DNA from: Neoechinorhynchus agilis
Taxonomy: Eukaryota > Animalia > Acanthocephala
DNA length: 64,000 bases
Assembly: GCA_051530055.1 (NCBI GenBank)
Contig: CM121341.1
Span: 18,950,784-19,014,783, forward strand
Direction of reading: 5' to 3'
A program made the position numbers and the translations under genes. Positions within the stretch are counted from its first letter, which is position 1. Each line of letters begins with the position of its first letter. Below the pieces are notes generated by a model. That model searched no databases. It was given only the letters and a program-made list of their open reading frames with translations, and was not told the DNA's origin. Below are positions 48,855-63,290 of this stretch, piece by piece.

Positions 48855-50242
48855 TTAAATTGCCACTTTTAATTTAGGGATCATCTTAATCAACTCAGAT
48901 TTCAACGTATGATCGAAGCCATTGTCTCGAATATCGAGAAATTCAAAGTCATCTTTATCCTGAAATATTTTGAGTTCGATGCTTGGAATCGATACTTTTC
49001 GTATACCCAAATAGACCATTTTACGATTCTCCTCAAAAAGATTTATGTCAAGTGTTCCCAGAGGATTGAAGGAAAGATCCAGATGAGTCATCCTGATAAG
49101 TGTGTTAAACAGAGGAGGACTAAGATTTCGCAAATGATTTTTCGCAAGTTTCATCGCTACCAGGTTTGAAAGATAAGCAAATGCATTTGAATGTATGGTT
49201 AAAATGGAACATCCGCAAAGATCTATATAGCTTAATGCTTGCCAGTTCTTAAAGTCATCTTCCCCAATGGAAGTGATTCCAGGGTTTGAACTTAGATGTA
49301 AATTTTTTATATAAAATCTGGTAAAGCGATTACCTCGAGGAATATGATTGAAATGCGCATTAGTGAAACCAATAGAGTCAGCCCACTCGATTTTATCGAC
49401 GATGCTAAAGTTCATTTCGTCTGATCCACATCCATTTTCCACTAAAGTAACGAGGGAAGGAATCCTTGCAAGTTCCTGAAAGGTATATTCCAAGTTCTTC
49501 ACGCAATCCAATTTTACAGATTCAAGCACTGGAGCGTATCTTGGTTCACTTATTGATAAAAGCAAGAGTGGATTTCCAAACATAATAAGATCGGTGAGAT
49601 GAATAAATCGCGACTTATGGTCGATTGTAAACTTTTCGATCATATTCTCGGTTACGTTCAAAAACTGGACTTTAGGAAACAGTGCGATTGTGTCGAAATC
49701 TTTGAATTTGTTGTGACTCAAATCTAGTATCTCCACATTTCTAATATTATAAATTGTTTGGTTTGAGAATCTCGAAATCAGATTATGACTGAAGTCAGCA
49801 TCCTTAAGATCTAGAATTAGTTGGTTAGTTTGTATCGTTATCGCTTTGCAGTATCGAAGGGCGAACTTCGTGGTCGAAGGAATTCGATTCACCGAGGTAA
49901 ACACTTCGTTTGGATTAGCACCGTGTAATCGAAGAATTCTCATTCTTTTATAGTGCAGATGAACTAAGAACCATCGAATTCGATAATCACTTCCTCGAGA
50001 CGCATTTTAGAATACTGCTCGAAATCTTCTGGTATTGCGATCAAGGGCGTATTTTGTAAATTAATTTTCGATGCATCGCTGGCCAATCCTTCAAGTATGC
50101 TTCGAACCCACCCCTTGGCTCTGGAAATCGGATGAACAGAACCACAATCAATTTTCACTTCACCGTTGATTTTGGAGTAAGTACAATCAGCATTGATTAA
50201 GCGAAGAATTGAGAGTAAAACAAGTGTGGAGGAGGGGTCCAT
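48855..50242 (-). CDS. Secreted leucine-rich-repeat protein; frame change at ~49950-50020
   Basis: Signal-like MDPSSTLVLLSIL; C-capped N-terminus; LxxLxLxxN repeats (VEILDLSHNKF, LVAMKLAKNHL, MTHLDLSFNPL); no TM segment seen. Confidence 0.8.
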
Positions 50243-51551
50243 GTTACGAGTCAAGTAAATGAATGTGTGTGGACTTTTAACGTATATTGTCGTTCTTCAT
50301 AGTAGTGGCGTTATGTATTATGATTCATCCAACTTTTAAGACAAAAAACACTAGTATCTTAAAATTGTTAGACAAAAGCACGAGGTAGTCACAATATGAG
50401 AATTTCTTAGACGTTATACGAACTAATGAGTTGATATCAGACCTCTATGAGTGAAGTTAATATTGGGACATAAAGCACTTTGGGTTCATCTTCTTATACG
50501 CTCAATGCAATACCATGTTCGGTTTCGAATGCTATAGCTACTTTATATCGCTTTGAATCGTTGAGACCGCTTTATATCATAACAAAATTGAACGATATGT
50601 GCATTCGTCATTTGAAGGGTCATGCCTAGTTCAAAAATACTGTTGTTTTTGTCTCGATTTTGACTCCATGCTCATATTTTTCATCTTGCCGAAGGACTAA
50701 TAACCATAGTAAATAGTGCAACTAATATCATTTTACTTAAACATATACATAGCAGCATTTCTTCAATCTTCTCCATTTGACTATACGGTTTCTTTGTCGG
50801 CAATGAAAGCTCTTAACAGAAAATACTTACAAGACCTTCGATGCCTAAAAACTGGCACTAAAACTCCGGTCCATTAAAGTCTTATGCACTCACCAATGGC
50901 GTAACGAATTTGACAACCAAAAATAGATCTATCTTTTGAATCCAAAAGTCCTTTATAAACGTAGAAAAGGGGGATTTTAGAAGCGCCGAAATTAGGCGAT
51001 TATGAGAGGAAACTGCAAACTTTAATCGGGAGAAGATCGTGTGAAAGAGAATTGGATGAATGATAGCTCTAGAAATCATCCAGAAAAGTAGAATACAATG
51101 TCCGAACTGCGAAATTCGATGATTATTGAAACTAGGACTAAAGCGACCTAGGCACCAAACCTCAAAGTTATTTTTAGTCAAATTCCGCATTGAAAACTTC
51201 ACGATTCGCTAGTGGACCGTCAATGAGCTAGAAACAGCCGTTTAATCCATCGGATCAGCTTTACGGTGGGCGAAGAGAAGGTTGGGTATTTTAGGCCGTA
51301 TTAGAAATGTGTTCAAAGTACATGAATTCTATTATAGTTACACTTCATAACGTTGAAGATTGGGGTTTAATTATCGTCGAACACTTTTCTGTCCTTTTGT
51401 TTTTAAGAGTTTGTAGCCTTGAGAACATTTCCCTATGGAACGAACGTCAGCTAATCGTACAATTGCGGCGGATAATCTTCAATGAAAGTTTTCCGTGTAT
51501 TTCGCTCCCTCGAACGACCTTACGGATGAATGGACTACAATAAGATTTAAG

Positions 51552-54500
51552 ATGGAAGCGGACCATATTTTTGCCGATGATATTTGTGATGATCGATCCG
51601 CCGGTCTTCGTGACGTAAGCGCCTTAACTGCAGTGAGGCTTCAACAAATGCGATCCGAGATTGCTGCGAAATTGATAACAATGCGAAGTGATTCACGCGA
51701 TATTCAAATAACGCTCAGTGATCTTAGGAAGTTCTCAGAATCGGCAAAAGTATTATTTGTGGATCGCCAAAATGTGGATGATAGACTCGTTGTTCAGCAT
51801 CCGACAAGTGGTCCTAATGAACAAACTCTATCATTGTTTCTTCTTCAATGGATATTCGAAATGGTTAACCATGAACTACTTGCAGAATTCGTGGAACTTC
51901 TTTCAAATCAAATATCGATTCTTCACTCGTACGACGCCGTAATGTTTACGCGGTTGATCGATCAAATGATAGATCTAATGAAGGTCTGTCTCACTAAAAT
52001 CAGTGGTTCTCTCAAAAAACCGAAAATTCGATTGAGATTTTCCAATTTGATCAGTTTCAGCTGGGCTGTGGTTTCGTTGTCAAGAGCAGAAACATCGAAA
52101 TCGATTCATCGCATCGTGCCAAGCTATTACTGCTTCTCGTAACCTCGACAATTATGAGACGACATAGTCTTTTTTATTTTTTTGCTTCAAGACGTTCAAA
52201 ACAGGATTTGATAATTCTTATTTGCATTGCGATCACTTTAGATCACGCGTTCTTGAAAGAGAATTGATTCTATATTATTTGACGTTATAGGAGCTCCATG
52301 AAATGCTAATATCACTTCTGTTATATTAAGATGTAGTCCACATTTTATAGGTCTACTCCACTCAGTATTCGAGCTTGAAATAGTAGAAAACTTGAAACTG
52401 ACGAAATATTGAGAATAATAAATCAATATATATATTTTTCTTATCACCGAAAATACATATCGAAATACTTAGTGGGTGTCTCAATTTTTAGCGTTCGCTA
52501 TTTACTCGAAATAGGGGACGGATCGAATAAATTTTATATCAGGTTTCTCTATGTTTCGAGAACACTTGAACTAGGAGAATTCCAAGACCAAATTGTTCAT
52601 GATATCATCGACTCTTCATGTGGCACAATATCGCGATTGATGAACATAACCAACGAAATTGACGATCTTTTAATCTCGGAAGCGATTGAAAACTTGCTCG
52701 AAACAAAAGGTACATATTGCACTCATAACATTGTTCAATTCGTGAAAAAGTGTTCCATGGAGTTCAGTTGCGTGTCTGCGGAAGCCCTAGAACGTTCATA
52801 TAACATGCAAAATCTTGGTGTTGCATGCGCAATAGTGGAAGCAAATGTCGAGCTCTATCAGGAACATTTGTCTGTGCTTTCAAACGACACGAGGTCGTGC
52901 CTCAGAGATGTGGAAAGCTATTTTCATGAAGTTTTCTTATCCTAGTTTGTATGTTGAAATGTTCGCTGGAACATTCCAAAAATTCATCACGAAAATAGCT
53001 CGATAATATTACACGATCTTACAAGTTCTCATGTACTTAAGGTGGCACTGCTCCTGGAACACGGCTCTAAAATATCACATAAACCGGGACACGTATTTCT
53101 TAACCAACTCCTACGAGCTTCGATAACCTCAGTTGAAAAATGTAAGTTTTTAACTGATGTGATATTCAGCTCGGCAAGCAATGCAAACGATAGTGTATAC
53201 GAACCAAAATTTCGGTGCCGGGAGGGAACTTGCGAGGCACATGTTGAAATAAAAGAAGTACAAGCAATGATAGAGCATAACATTTCTTCAAACGATTTTC
53301 ATTGGAAAGCTCTGCTTCTCTCGTCATCTGTTTGTACTGACAAGTTTGTCATTAATGAAAGAACCATGATTAGCGTTATCGATTTGTTGTTGGATAAAGT
53401 AACCATACTCGACCCAATGGAGACATGGCTTGTTTTGACTCTTCCGACTAGTCATAGGGCATCCGAATGTTGGAAAGCCGTAACTAAGAAAACGGCAATC
53501 ACTCTGTGCATGTTCCTTTTTTACAAGCACAGTTGGCCAATTGAACAGTCTGACGTTAGTGAGCTGTGCTATTCAAAGTTACCCGGAATCGCAAGGGCAA
53601 TCATATGCCTTTCATCTACCGGATGCCGTTTCGCTCTACCAACAGAACATGCCGACATTGAACTCAATCTTTCCCTTAACAATTTGACTGATATTTATAC
53701 TGGATTTTGCCAAGCCTTCCGCTGTACGATCTGTGATGCCGATCCGCAAACAAATTTTACCTCTGCAAAGTTCGAGGAAATTATAGAACTAGCTCAACAT
53801 TCTGATTTTGATGACAAATTGGCTCATGCCATTAGTCGGCACTTTGCATCGATTCCAGAAAGTCAACTTCGAATGAACTTGTGGATGCAGGCAAGTGTTA
53901 GCGTCAATGCTAAACTTGAATCCACTGACTTTGTTGGCAATCTCTTATGTCTCTCACGAAATCCTGATCCGTTTCACGAAGAAGTTTCGTGTCTTGTTGC
54001 TATGCGGACTATATTCGACACTTGTCCGAACGAAACACTACGCACCATAATATCACAATGCGGTGATACCATTGCACTTCTGATTGGCAAAAGCTACCCT
54101 ACGATTGATTCTCTGTCGGAAGTTATAGGTGATCGGGCCGTATCGGTTATCAAGCAAAATGATTATCTAATAATAGCACACGCATTTGCAATGCAACGTA
54201 TAACTGCAGCAACACTTCTTAAGAACGAAGAACACGTCGCCAAATTTGTCGTGAAGTACTTTCCGAAGTTGATTTTGTTGCTGACATCCGGCTGCTACGA
54301 CTGTGAACAATGGCCGAACATATTGAATAAGGTTTCGACCTGTGCGAGTGTTCCACTTGGACAGCTCGTGCTTGCTTGCCGACAAGAATTGGCGAAGGAA
54401 TTGGCCTGTGGACTTGGCTACTGTGATAACGATCTTGTTCTTAAAGCAATCGAGCTAGTGTCTCGCCACATTCAAGATGATTCGACCGGAAACATTATAA

Positions 54501-57500
54501 TTGACCGCATGGCAGGCGTTCTGTTACACATAGAACGTGGTTTTTGTTCAATCGCCCAAAACAAGAATCAGCCAATGTCTGACCTCCCGATTTTACGAAG
54601 ACCAAAAACGTCGCCAGTAAGCGAATGCTGGTACAGCATCCACCACGAATGTGCTCTCCTGCGGTCACTGAGGCTCTTGATTAAATTGACTGGATTTCGT
54701 GGTAACCATGATGCAGAACGATATCTTAGTGCATTGCGAACAGCGATTGTGCAAATATCGAGAATGCCAACAATCAATCACTGTAGACCGGCACTTGTGA
54801 ATATCTTAAAGGATTACAGAAAAAACATTAGTCATGTTGCTTTCATTTCGACACCCGTTCTATTGTCATTTATAGCTTGCGTGGCCGAGATTAATGCTGT
54901 AGATGAGATTTGGCCAGTCAGAGGTCAAATAGGTAATGAAATGTTTCGCATCGCGTAGTGAGATACATGAAATATTTAAAGGAGGAATGCAGATACTGCT
55001 ACCTTGGTCAATTGATTCAAGTTCTCGGTCCGGTGATATATTCCGAAGGACTCAAAGTACGCCAGTTCATTCGGGGCACACAATTAGTCTCGAATCGCCG
55101 ATACAAAGATCGAATACAACTCCTTCACAGGAAACTATTCTGACCGAAGTGGGCATTAAGTGTATTATTGACCGCATAGCCAACGGAGACGATCATATAC
55201 TGCAGATCTATTTATTGAAGAAACTCGATTTTGTTCTCGAGAATATAGATCTTTGTGATTTCGATGACCTTGGAAACCAAATGGTCAAGTGTTTACTCGG
55301 CGCACTTGGGCGCTATTCGTCGGATGAGGATTCCATATCGGAAGCAGGACATCCAATTGATCGGGAGATTTCACCTTTCTCTTGTACAAGAATCAAACTC
55401 TTGATCGGAAAGTGCTTATCGAAAATCCCATATGAAATTACGCTTTCGAGTTTGTGTTCGCCCGCCACTACGCTGTCGGAAACAACAAATCGTCCTTCAA
55501 TTTTTCCTGTTTCCTCGGATCTCAGCTTAGACGATTCATGGTTGGCTGGTATCTTTGGTAGGCTAAGCATCAGTTACATGAGCCACGATACAGAAATCGA
55601 CGCTAAACATTGCGCCGCTTATGCCATTCAGGAATTGTTTGAAATCTTGTCTAGTCATAAAAGAGAAGCCGTTGCAACGATATTGAATCGGTTCGATCCC
55701 AGGAGTAAAGATATTGTTGATAGCTGTGTTGCAAGCGAAGAGGGAAGATTAATAATCTGCGACGAAGTCAAAATCGGTCTCGCAGACGACATTCACCATG
55801 AAAATTGGATATGTGGCACTGCCTTAAAGTTGATTGCTTATGTCATTAAATCGCACCCTGAAGCTCGTGAAACTTTGCGAATCCTTGAATCATTGGTGTT
55901 TATCATTACAAAAGATTCTCGTCTTAGTAGATGGTTAATTCCTGGACTATTGAGTGTTATAGATGTTGAAGATGCGAAACTCGTTGCGAGGAGATTTAAC
56001 GACGAAATGGCAAACGATTCAAATATATCAAGAGTCTCCAACGCCATCATCGAAACTATTTGTTTTAGCTGCGTATCGATAAGACAACATCAAATGGCCA
56101 ACCAGAATGTCAGTATGAACAAGGCTTTAATGATCAGATGCAGTTTGTCGGCGTTTATGTGTGAAATCGATAAGCAGTGTTTAATCGGCTTACTCATTAA
56201 GACTGACGCATATACTGACGCTCTTCTCGAGCTTGAACTCTATGTAAACGATTCAAGCTTGCATGATAGAGATTGGAGCCTAGAGACATTACAGGAGGTG
56301 TATTGGCAACTGGGAGATCAAGAGAATGTTACTGGAGTTCTTAGCCACTATCGCCATTCTAACAATCACCTTCCTTCACTGCGCTTAATCGCACTGGCTC
56401 ACGAAGCTGAAGGCGAGAATGTGGATGCCGTAGCGTGCTATGAATCCATTTTATCGGACCAAAATCAATCGGCTTATCGTCTACAACTTTGTCGAAGATA
56501 TTTACGCTCATTGATAGCAGTTGGTCAACTTTACACAGCAGCTTCTTTGGCTGATCGAGAAGATGATTATTCAATGACCGCGTTTCAAATGGAAACGGCT
56601 TGGAGATTAGGCGATTGGCAGCGTCTACACCATATTTGCAAAGAGATAGACAATGAACCCTGCTCGGCTACTTATCTCTTAGCAGACCCTTTTGAATTGA
56701 ACGTAGGAAGAGTTTTAAATGCTTATCTCAATAATCAACATGATCTTGGACGACTAATGGATAAAACAATAGTGAATCAGACTGAACTCCTAGCGGAATA
56801 TTTATCCAGTGTCAACGCTGGTCTCAATATGCGATCTCGAAAATGTCTCATAAAACTTCAGCTGACTAATGAGATGAGCGTAGGCATGCAAAGTAAGACG
56901 CCATTTTTCGCTAATATATCTAAATTGACCGAGTTACCCGATATCGACACAATCAATTTGTGGGCATCCGTATGTAAGGCGGTTTGTGGCGCCGTCTGTG
57001 GGAATTGTATTCCCCCGGCCTACTTAGCCGATCTATTAATTAACCAATCACGAGCATGCCGTATTATTCTTTCAAATCAAGGTGCTCACGTTTCACGGGT
57101 GAATGATTGGTTGAGTTCATCAATGAAGAGTTCGTTAAGTGCGACAGCTGCGCGCAATCAGAATGATCCTTCGAGGTTATGTCGAATATTACTTGAGCAA
57201 GCTCATTGGTTTAACTTCGGTTCATCGCATTCTCACGCAGAAGCGATTTCAGAACTTGATCGAGCCCAGTTACTCGCTAAAGAGCAAGGAGATACCAAAC
57301 TTCTCGCCGTGATTAGTATTTTGTCGTCAAGATGGCGGACTGATTCAGCGTCTGCGGATTGCACAACGCTTCTTCAGTCCTACAGGAACGCTTGTAAAGC
57401 AAGCGAAGAATGGGCTGTATTGAAGGCAGAAGCTAATTTTAGTCTTGCTCACTTCCTAGATTACATCATTGGTACTGACCAAGATAAAAACGAACTGATC

Positions 57501-59484
57501 GTAGAAATGTGTCATGCATATACCACAGCGGTAAGTTTACTTGCTTCGGTTGAGAATTCTGGACGCGATCAGCAATGTCTTAGTCGTATGTTCACTCACT
57601 TTTTCAACCTTGGAACAAAAATTTGTGAGTTGGACGATCAACCAAATTTGGGTACTAATGACCAGAGAAAAGAATGCTCTCGCCAGTTAAATTCGATCGC
57701 CGATTTGATCAAAAAATTGATTAAATCCCAAAACGTTCATACGATGAACAATCTCATGATTATATTTAATCAATTAATTTCACGAATATGTCACCCCAAT
57801 CAAGTGGTTTCTCAGACATTAGACGATGTCCTTTGTATGCTTCTTGAAGCGTTTCCAGAACGAGCGGTCTGGTATATGGTAAGTGGATCCCAATCCACCC
57901 ATAAGAAGCGAAAACAGCGATGCCAAAGCATCTTAACTAAAGCCAGCAGAAAAAGTAATGTGGCTGCTACTGTGATTAAAGATTGTATGAGTCTTTGTGC
58001 GCCACTTACAGAGCTCTGTTCAAGAAAATTAAGTGCAAAAGAAAAAGCAATCACATCAATGTCTCTTAAAAAGCACTTTCCCAAGCTCAGTACACAGGTT
58101 AAAGCTTGTCGCTTACTTCTACCTATTCAAAAGCAGTTATTTCCATCGTCTGAGCAGTTAATGACGTTACACAAACGTTCAATGATTTATTTTGAAAACA
58201 TTGAGGATACAATTGAAATAATGAAATCGCTTCAGAAACCGAAGAAGATTCTTGTAAGAGGAACCGATGGACTTTGTTATCCATTTCTATGTAAAGCTAG
58301 AGATGATCTCAGAATCGATCAACGCATGATAGAAGTATGTCAGCTCTTAAATCGATGCTTTAAGCAGAAAAATGACGCAATAACTTTGAGCCTTACACTT
58401 GACATTGAAACGGATTTGTCACCGAAGTCAGTCAGATTAAAAGGACGCCCCCAATCGGGTGGCAGCAATCTCTATATACGAACTTACAGTGTTATGCCTA
58501 TTACAGACATGTGTGGAATAATCGAGATGGTCTCCGGGCTAACCACACTCCGATGTGTCCTTGAAAAACTCTACAAAAAATACAATAATTCGAATGTGTA
58601 TAGGATGGGTGTACGGCAACTTATGGAACCAGATTCACTAAATCCAAACAGAAGTCAAGCAAATTATGAAGCATTCATAAAGAAGGCATTGCCTGCATTT
58701 AAACCATCAGTCCTTCACCACTGGTTCATGAGTGACCAATTTGAATCACTTAGTCGATCTCTCTGCCATGGGTCGATTGGTTGGAGAAATTCACAATAGT
58801 AATGAGCCATTAGCGTACAAGTGGTATGCAACAAGGATGAACTATTGCAGGACGGCGGCTGTAATGAGCATGGTCGGTTGGATGGTTGGTCTTGGTGATA
58901 GGCATTGCGAAAACATTCTCTTAGACACTACGAATGGCGACTGCATTCACGTGGATTATAATTGTCTATTCAATAAAGGTGATATATTTCAGATTCCAGA
59001 AATCGTACCATTTCGCCTCACTCATAACATGGTAGATGGAATGGGCATACTCGGAATAGAAGGAACGTTCAGACAGACATGTGAGAAAGTAACGCACCTC
59101 ATGCGTCAACATAAAGATCTTCTTTTGTCCGTCTTAGAAACATTCGTCTATGATCCTTTATTGGAGTGGAAAAGAGTTACGCAAAACACGGAGCAATTGC
59201 CACCACAAGTGCTTGCGGCTCGCCAAGCTGCAGCCCGGGCTGAAGCGATCAGATGCAAATTTGAAGGAGAAACAGTGAATCTGACGGCTAAAAGCGAAAT
59301 TGAGAACATTAGGTGGCGACTAAATGGTCACGTAGGAAAATTGCATGATACCAACACTCAAACTCAGACATCGAAGATGAGTTCGCCAATGTCCGTGGAC
59401 GGACAAGTGGACCTGCTAATAAAAGAGGCAACGAATAGTTTTTCGTTAGCGCAAATGTTCATCGGTTGGGCTTCTTACATGTGA
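51552..59484 (+). CDS. ATR: ATR (Mec1/Rad3) PI3K-related checkpoint kinase, multi-exon
   Basis: FAT (ETAWRLGDW), SLQKPKKI..GTDG..FLCKARDDLRIDQRMIE, YCRTAAVMSMVG..GLGDRHCENILLD, HVDYNCLFNKG, VPFRLTHNM, FATC EATN..LAQMFIGWASYM. Frame changes fit short GT-AG introns (e.g. 52139-52191, 54933-54981). 5' exons and start tentative. Confidence 0.95.
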
Positions 59485-59881
59485 ACTGTATTTTCAAAGA
59501 ATACAATATTCCTTTTTCTAAACTGGGAATTTAATTGCATAAAAAATCTAGTGTTTAGACTTGTTGAAGAGCTCAATCAACTATCCGATAAAATTTTCGT
59601 TACAAACCGTTCGATTCATCACGATTTTTCTGGGCTGAAATAGCCGTCAGGCATAATGGCATAATGTATAAAACATGTAGATAAATTTTAACGATCAACA
59701 ACAGTAAGACCAAGCTTATTATTTCTTCAAGGTTTTGTACTGTCAGGTGGCGCAATAAGAATAACTTTCAATAGTGAGCTGAAGTATGCGACTTAGTCGA
59801 GAGCAAACTAGTCAGAATTATGCAGCTCTAAAACAAATTATTTGCGCCCAAGTTAAGAGAAATAAAGCTGAGTTCTACAAG

Positions 59882-60033
59882 CCTGAACTTCGGGACATTC
59901 GGACACTATTTGAGACCGCACATTATCCAGTTTTTCTTGGGATCTACTAACGAGAACAATATTGAACCCAATTTCGGCTAACTGCTTCGCGTATTCCAGT
60001 CCTATTCCATCAGTGGATCCGGTGATGGCCGCT
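59882..60033 (-). pseudogene. ~150-bp duplicate of the SDR Rossmann-motif segment (61215-61366)
   Basis: Near-identical DNA, same orientation, 1.33 kb away, encoding [33 protein letters not shown]. Confidence 0.9.
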
Positions 60034-60552
60034 CGTTTTTACGTGTACGAAGGCGTCTCTAACTTAATTTATGGATTATTGCCCCTAGCAGCGACTTATG
60101 AAGATGTCTACTTATGCAAAATCACAAAGCTTCATTTGAATCCCCAGCTTTTGAAACCGTACGATTCAGTTGATTCCACTAAACAATAGGTTTTCAATAT
60201 ATCAGTGAGGAATTGAAATACAAACGCTCGATACAATTTCGCGATTACTTCATAGGCTGGTGTTTTCATTATTCTAAGAGTTTTCTCCATTTCCTGTGTG
60301 TATGAGCGCAGCGAACATAACGGTTGTGTGCGACGAATACCTTTAGATACCTTTTACCTTTTCAAATGCGCTTCAGAATTGGTTGAATCTTCAAAATATT
60401 TGCTTAAAAAGTGGGCAAAATGAATTGAGGTTTTGCATGCCATAATAAAGTCAAGACACTATCATTTGACGAGATGGAAACAAACCACATGCAGAATAAT
60501 TTGTTTTTTAATCGATAGTCAAATCAAAATTGGAAATACTACGTGATTTTTC

Positions 60553-61545
60553 TCAACCTCCCTTCTCTTGCTTTGCCAGTCCACGGCGAATATCCCTTAA
60601 CATGAGGCAACGAGGTGTTAAATAATGCACTAATTCAAAGAAAATGAAATGGGCAAAACACCCTGAAGTACATTCGAACGATCCAACTGAGTTGAGAGCA
60701 CTTCGAACAAAATCCTTTGGTGTTTGCGCGCGCAACAAGTCCTTTTTGTCTTCAATATAGGGAATTGCATAAGCCATCTTAGTTGCAACCAAACCGGGAT
60801 AGATGCATTGCACGTCCACATTTGTGCTCTTAAGTTCACTTTTAAGAGCTTTGGAAAATGAGATAATTGACGCCTTAGTAGCCGTATAGACCGTCACGAA
60901 AGGGCTATGAATAACACCGCAAATACTGCTCACGTTAGCGATCAAGCACTTCTTTTTGGATTGTAGCATGTAAGGAAGGACTATTCTTGTAATGTGCATA
61001 ACAGCCGATATGTTCACTTTAACCATTTGGTCTATCATCAGTCTGTTTACCTGCTCAAATGGTATGAGACGATCATAGCAAACTCCAGCGTTGTTCACTA
61101 GGATACCAATATCGAGATTATCATCGACAGGACCTATTTTGCGTATTAACTCGTTTTCGATTCGATCGTACTCTTTAGGACTCATCAACGAGAAATCGGC
61201 CTGAATTGTACAAACCTGAACTTCGGGACATTCGGACACTATTTGAGACCGCACATTATCCAGTTTTTCTTGGGATCTACTAACGAGAACAATATTGAAC
61301 CCAATCTCGGCTAACTGCTTCGCGTATTCCAGTCCTATTCCATCAGTGGATCCGGTGACGACCGCCCATTCGCCCATGTATTTGGGAGAAAGTAAAGCTG
61401 AACGCGATTTCAGCTTGAAGACGTAGAAAGTGTAGACGATTTTAAGAAAACTAATTATTATTCGCAGGCTAGTTTCAATCGCCCATCCAATGACCATAAG
61501 TTTAGTTCCCATGTAAATTGATGGTTTCGACAATAGATTTATCAT
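60553..61545 (-). CDS. HSD17B12: HSD17B12/KAR-like very-long-chain 3-oxoacyl-CoA reductase (SDR), intronless
   Basis: [50 protein letters not shown]. Confidence 0.88.
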   Translation of the reverse strand: MINLLSKPSIYMGTKLMVIGWAIETSLRIIISFLKIVYTFYVFKLKSRSALLSPKYMGEWAVVTGSTDGIGLEYAKQLAEIGFNIVLVSRSQEKLDNVRSQIVSECPEVQVCTIQADFSLMSPKEYDRIENELIRKIGPVDDNLDIGILVNNAGVCYDRLIPFEQVNRLMIDQMVKVNISAVMHITRIVLPYMLQSKKKCLIANVSSICGVIHSPFVTVYTATKASIISFSKALKSELKSTNVDVQCIYPGLVATKMAYAIPYIEDKKDLLRAQTPKDFVRSALNSVGSFECTSGCFAHFIFFELVHYLTPRCLMLRDIRRGLAKQEKGG

Positions 61546-62929
61546 TATCTAAAAGCAGAGTGTTTCTAAAGAAGAGAGTATGCTGTTGACGCTTCTGTTT
61601 GCTTTTGGATCTTATTGAACGCACTATGAAAAGTTTTGTCAATTATCTCAGTAGGAGTTATTTATGGGACAAAGTGTATATTTATGTGATATTTGTAATA
61701 GTAAAGTAACGAATGATCGCTTTGAGTTGTAACAAACATAGCAGCAGCAATTTAGAGGTATTATTCTACTGAAAACCTTGCATTGTGCCCTGAGCCAAAT
61801 CACATTTAGTTTTTTCGCTGGCTGCGCACATAGAAACGTGGGAAATTATGAATTAATGAAACATGAGTGACGAAGTTAATGGAACTTAATGGTTACAAAT
61901 GGTCAGTGCTGTATTTATTCGTCTTTTGTGCGGTTATAGTTTGAAGTCTCTCTCTACAGTCAATAAAATTTAAAAAGGGATTTGCGTTCCATCACCTATC
62001 ATGGAAGTAAGTTGTGCTCAATGGTTTTTAAATTTTTTCCGCAAAGTGCAAGTTGCTCAGGATTATTTAGAAATGCAGTAAAATAAACAAGTACTAAAAG
62101 CTAATACGGTATTACTGGCTTAGGGAGGATAGATCATCTTTAAGGTAAATTGTCTTGTAAGTTAAACACCAGACACATTTAGACAATGGTAAGAAACATT
62201 ATACCATAGTGATGATCTCTATGAGCGTGTAATTGTCGATGTGTTAGAGATGCAGAGGCATGATACGTTTGACAACAACAAGCCTGATTGCGAACCCAAA
62301 TTGAGGTTCCGACCATCTTGACCATCCTACCTTTTCTTTATTGCGAAGAAGTCCCACATGGAGGACGAAATATTAATAATTAAATTTAAATCATTTTTTA
62401 TTTCTAATGACCAAAACAACCAATGGATACATATTTACAAAGGTAAGAACAATCTTATCGACATAGAGAACCAGCGGTTAGTTAGAAAATATACCCCGTG
62501 AAACTAAATACTTGATTCCGCGTTGTTTTGAATAAATAATATGAAACAAAGTATTGCACTTGCACGAAAAAACACTTGGTCTCCATTCACGCTGCTACAA
62601 ATGAAAAGTAATTGGGCCTCAAGGCTCACAAACGACCAAAGCTGAAAACACGACGTTCGATTTCGAGTTTTAAATGTTATAGATTACTTTGACCATTTGG
62701 GATAAAACGAATTGCATCGAACCTCCACATGAATGATAACTTATGAGCCGTTTAAAGAAAAAAACATATTAGCTTAACACAGAAACACTACTAATTTAAA
62801 ATGCGCTTTTCCCAAAAATAGTTTTGAAATACACTAGTAAATGATATGATTCGTTCGTTATTTAGGATTTATATAGATAGAAAGATGATAAAATTAAGTA
62901 ATAAAAGGAGGAAAATACTAAAAAATGTA

Positions 62930-63290
62930 ACATGTTATTTCATTGTTTTCATGGCCATACGAATCAATGTCAATTAACATTTGAATGCAGTGAAATCTCT
63001 TTGGTGAGCAGTGCCAAACTTACGGCCAGGGGGCCACATCCAGACGGTGAAGCAGCCTCACGTGACCTGCACTTATGCAGTTCATTGGAACTACAAAAAG
63101 TGGTTATAATATTAAACTTTTAGAGAGCAAACGAGTGATGTTGCCACAGTTCCCTCGCCTTAATGTTTTCCAGAAGAGATACACCAATTTCGTCGATTCT
63201 CTTCCTATCTCGGCTCTAATTGACCCTCTTATGGTCCACTTTCAGTGCAATCTTTCGCTGAGTACATTTGATGCAGATGCATCGGTGTAA
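62930..63290 (+). mobile_element. Possible very degenerate CRE-like endonuclease relic
   Basis: Only traces: HPDG and VTCTYA in different frames. Confidence 0.25.

Noticed and set aside
50882-51300. ORF or Gypsy integrase remnant upstream of ATR
   Set aside because: Only a CxxC trace; insufficient evidence.
51900-58800. Programmed ribosomal frameshifting or stop readthrough in ATR
   Set aside because: Each frame change can be resolved by a phase-compatible GT-AG intron.
62205-62290. C/D box snoRNA (GTGATGA...CTGA)
   Set aside because: No terminal stem, no recognisable rRNA guide, not intronic.
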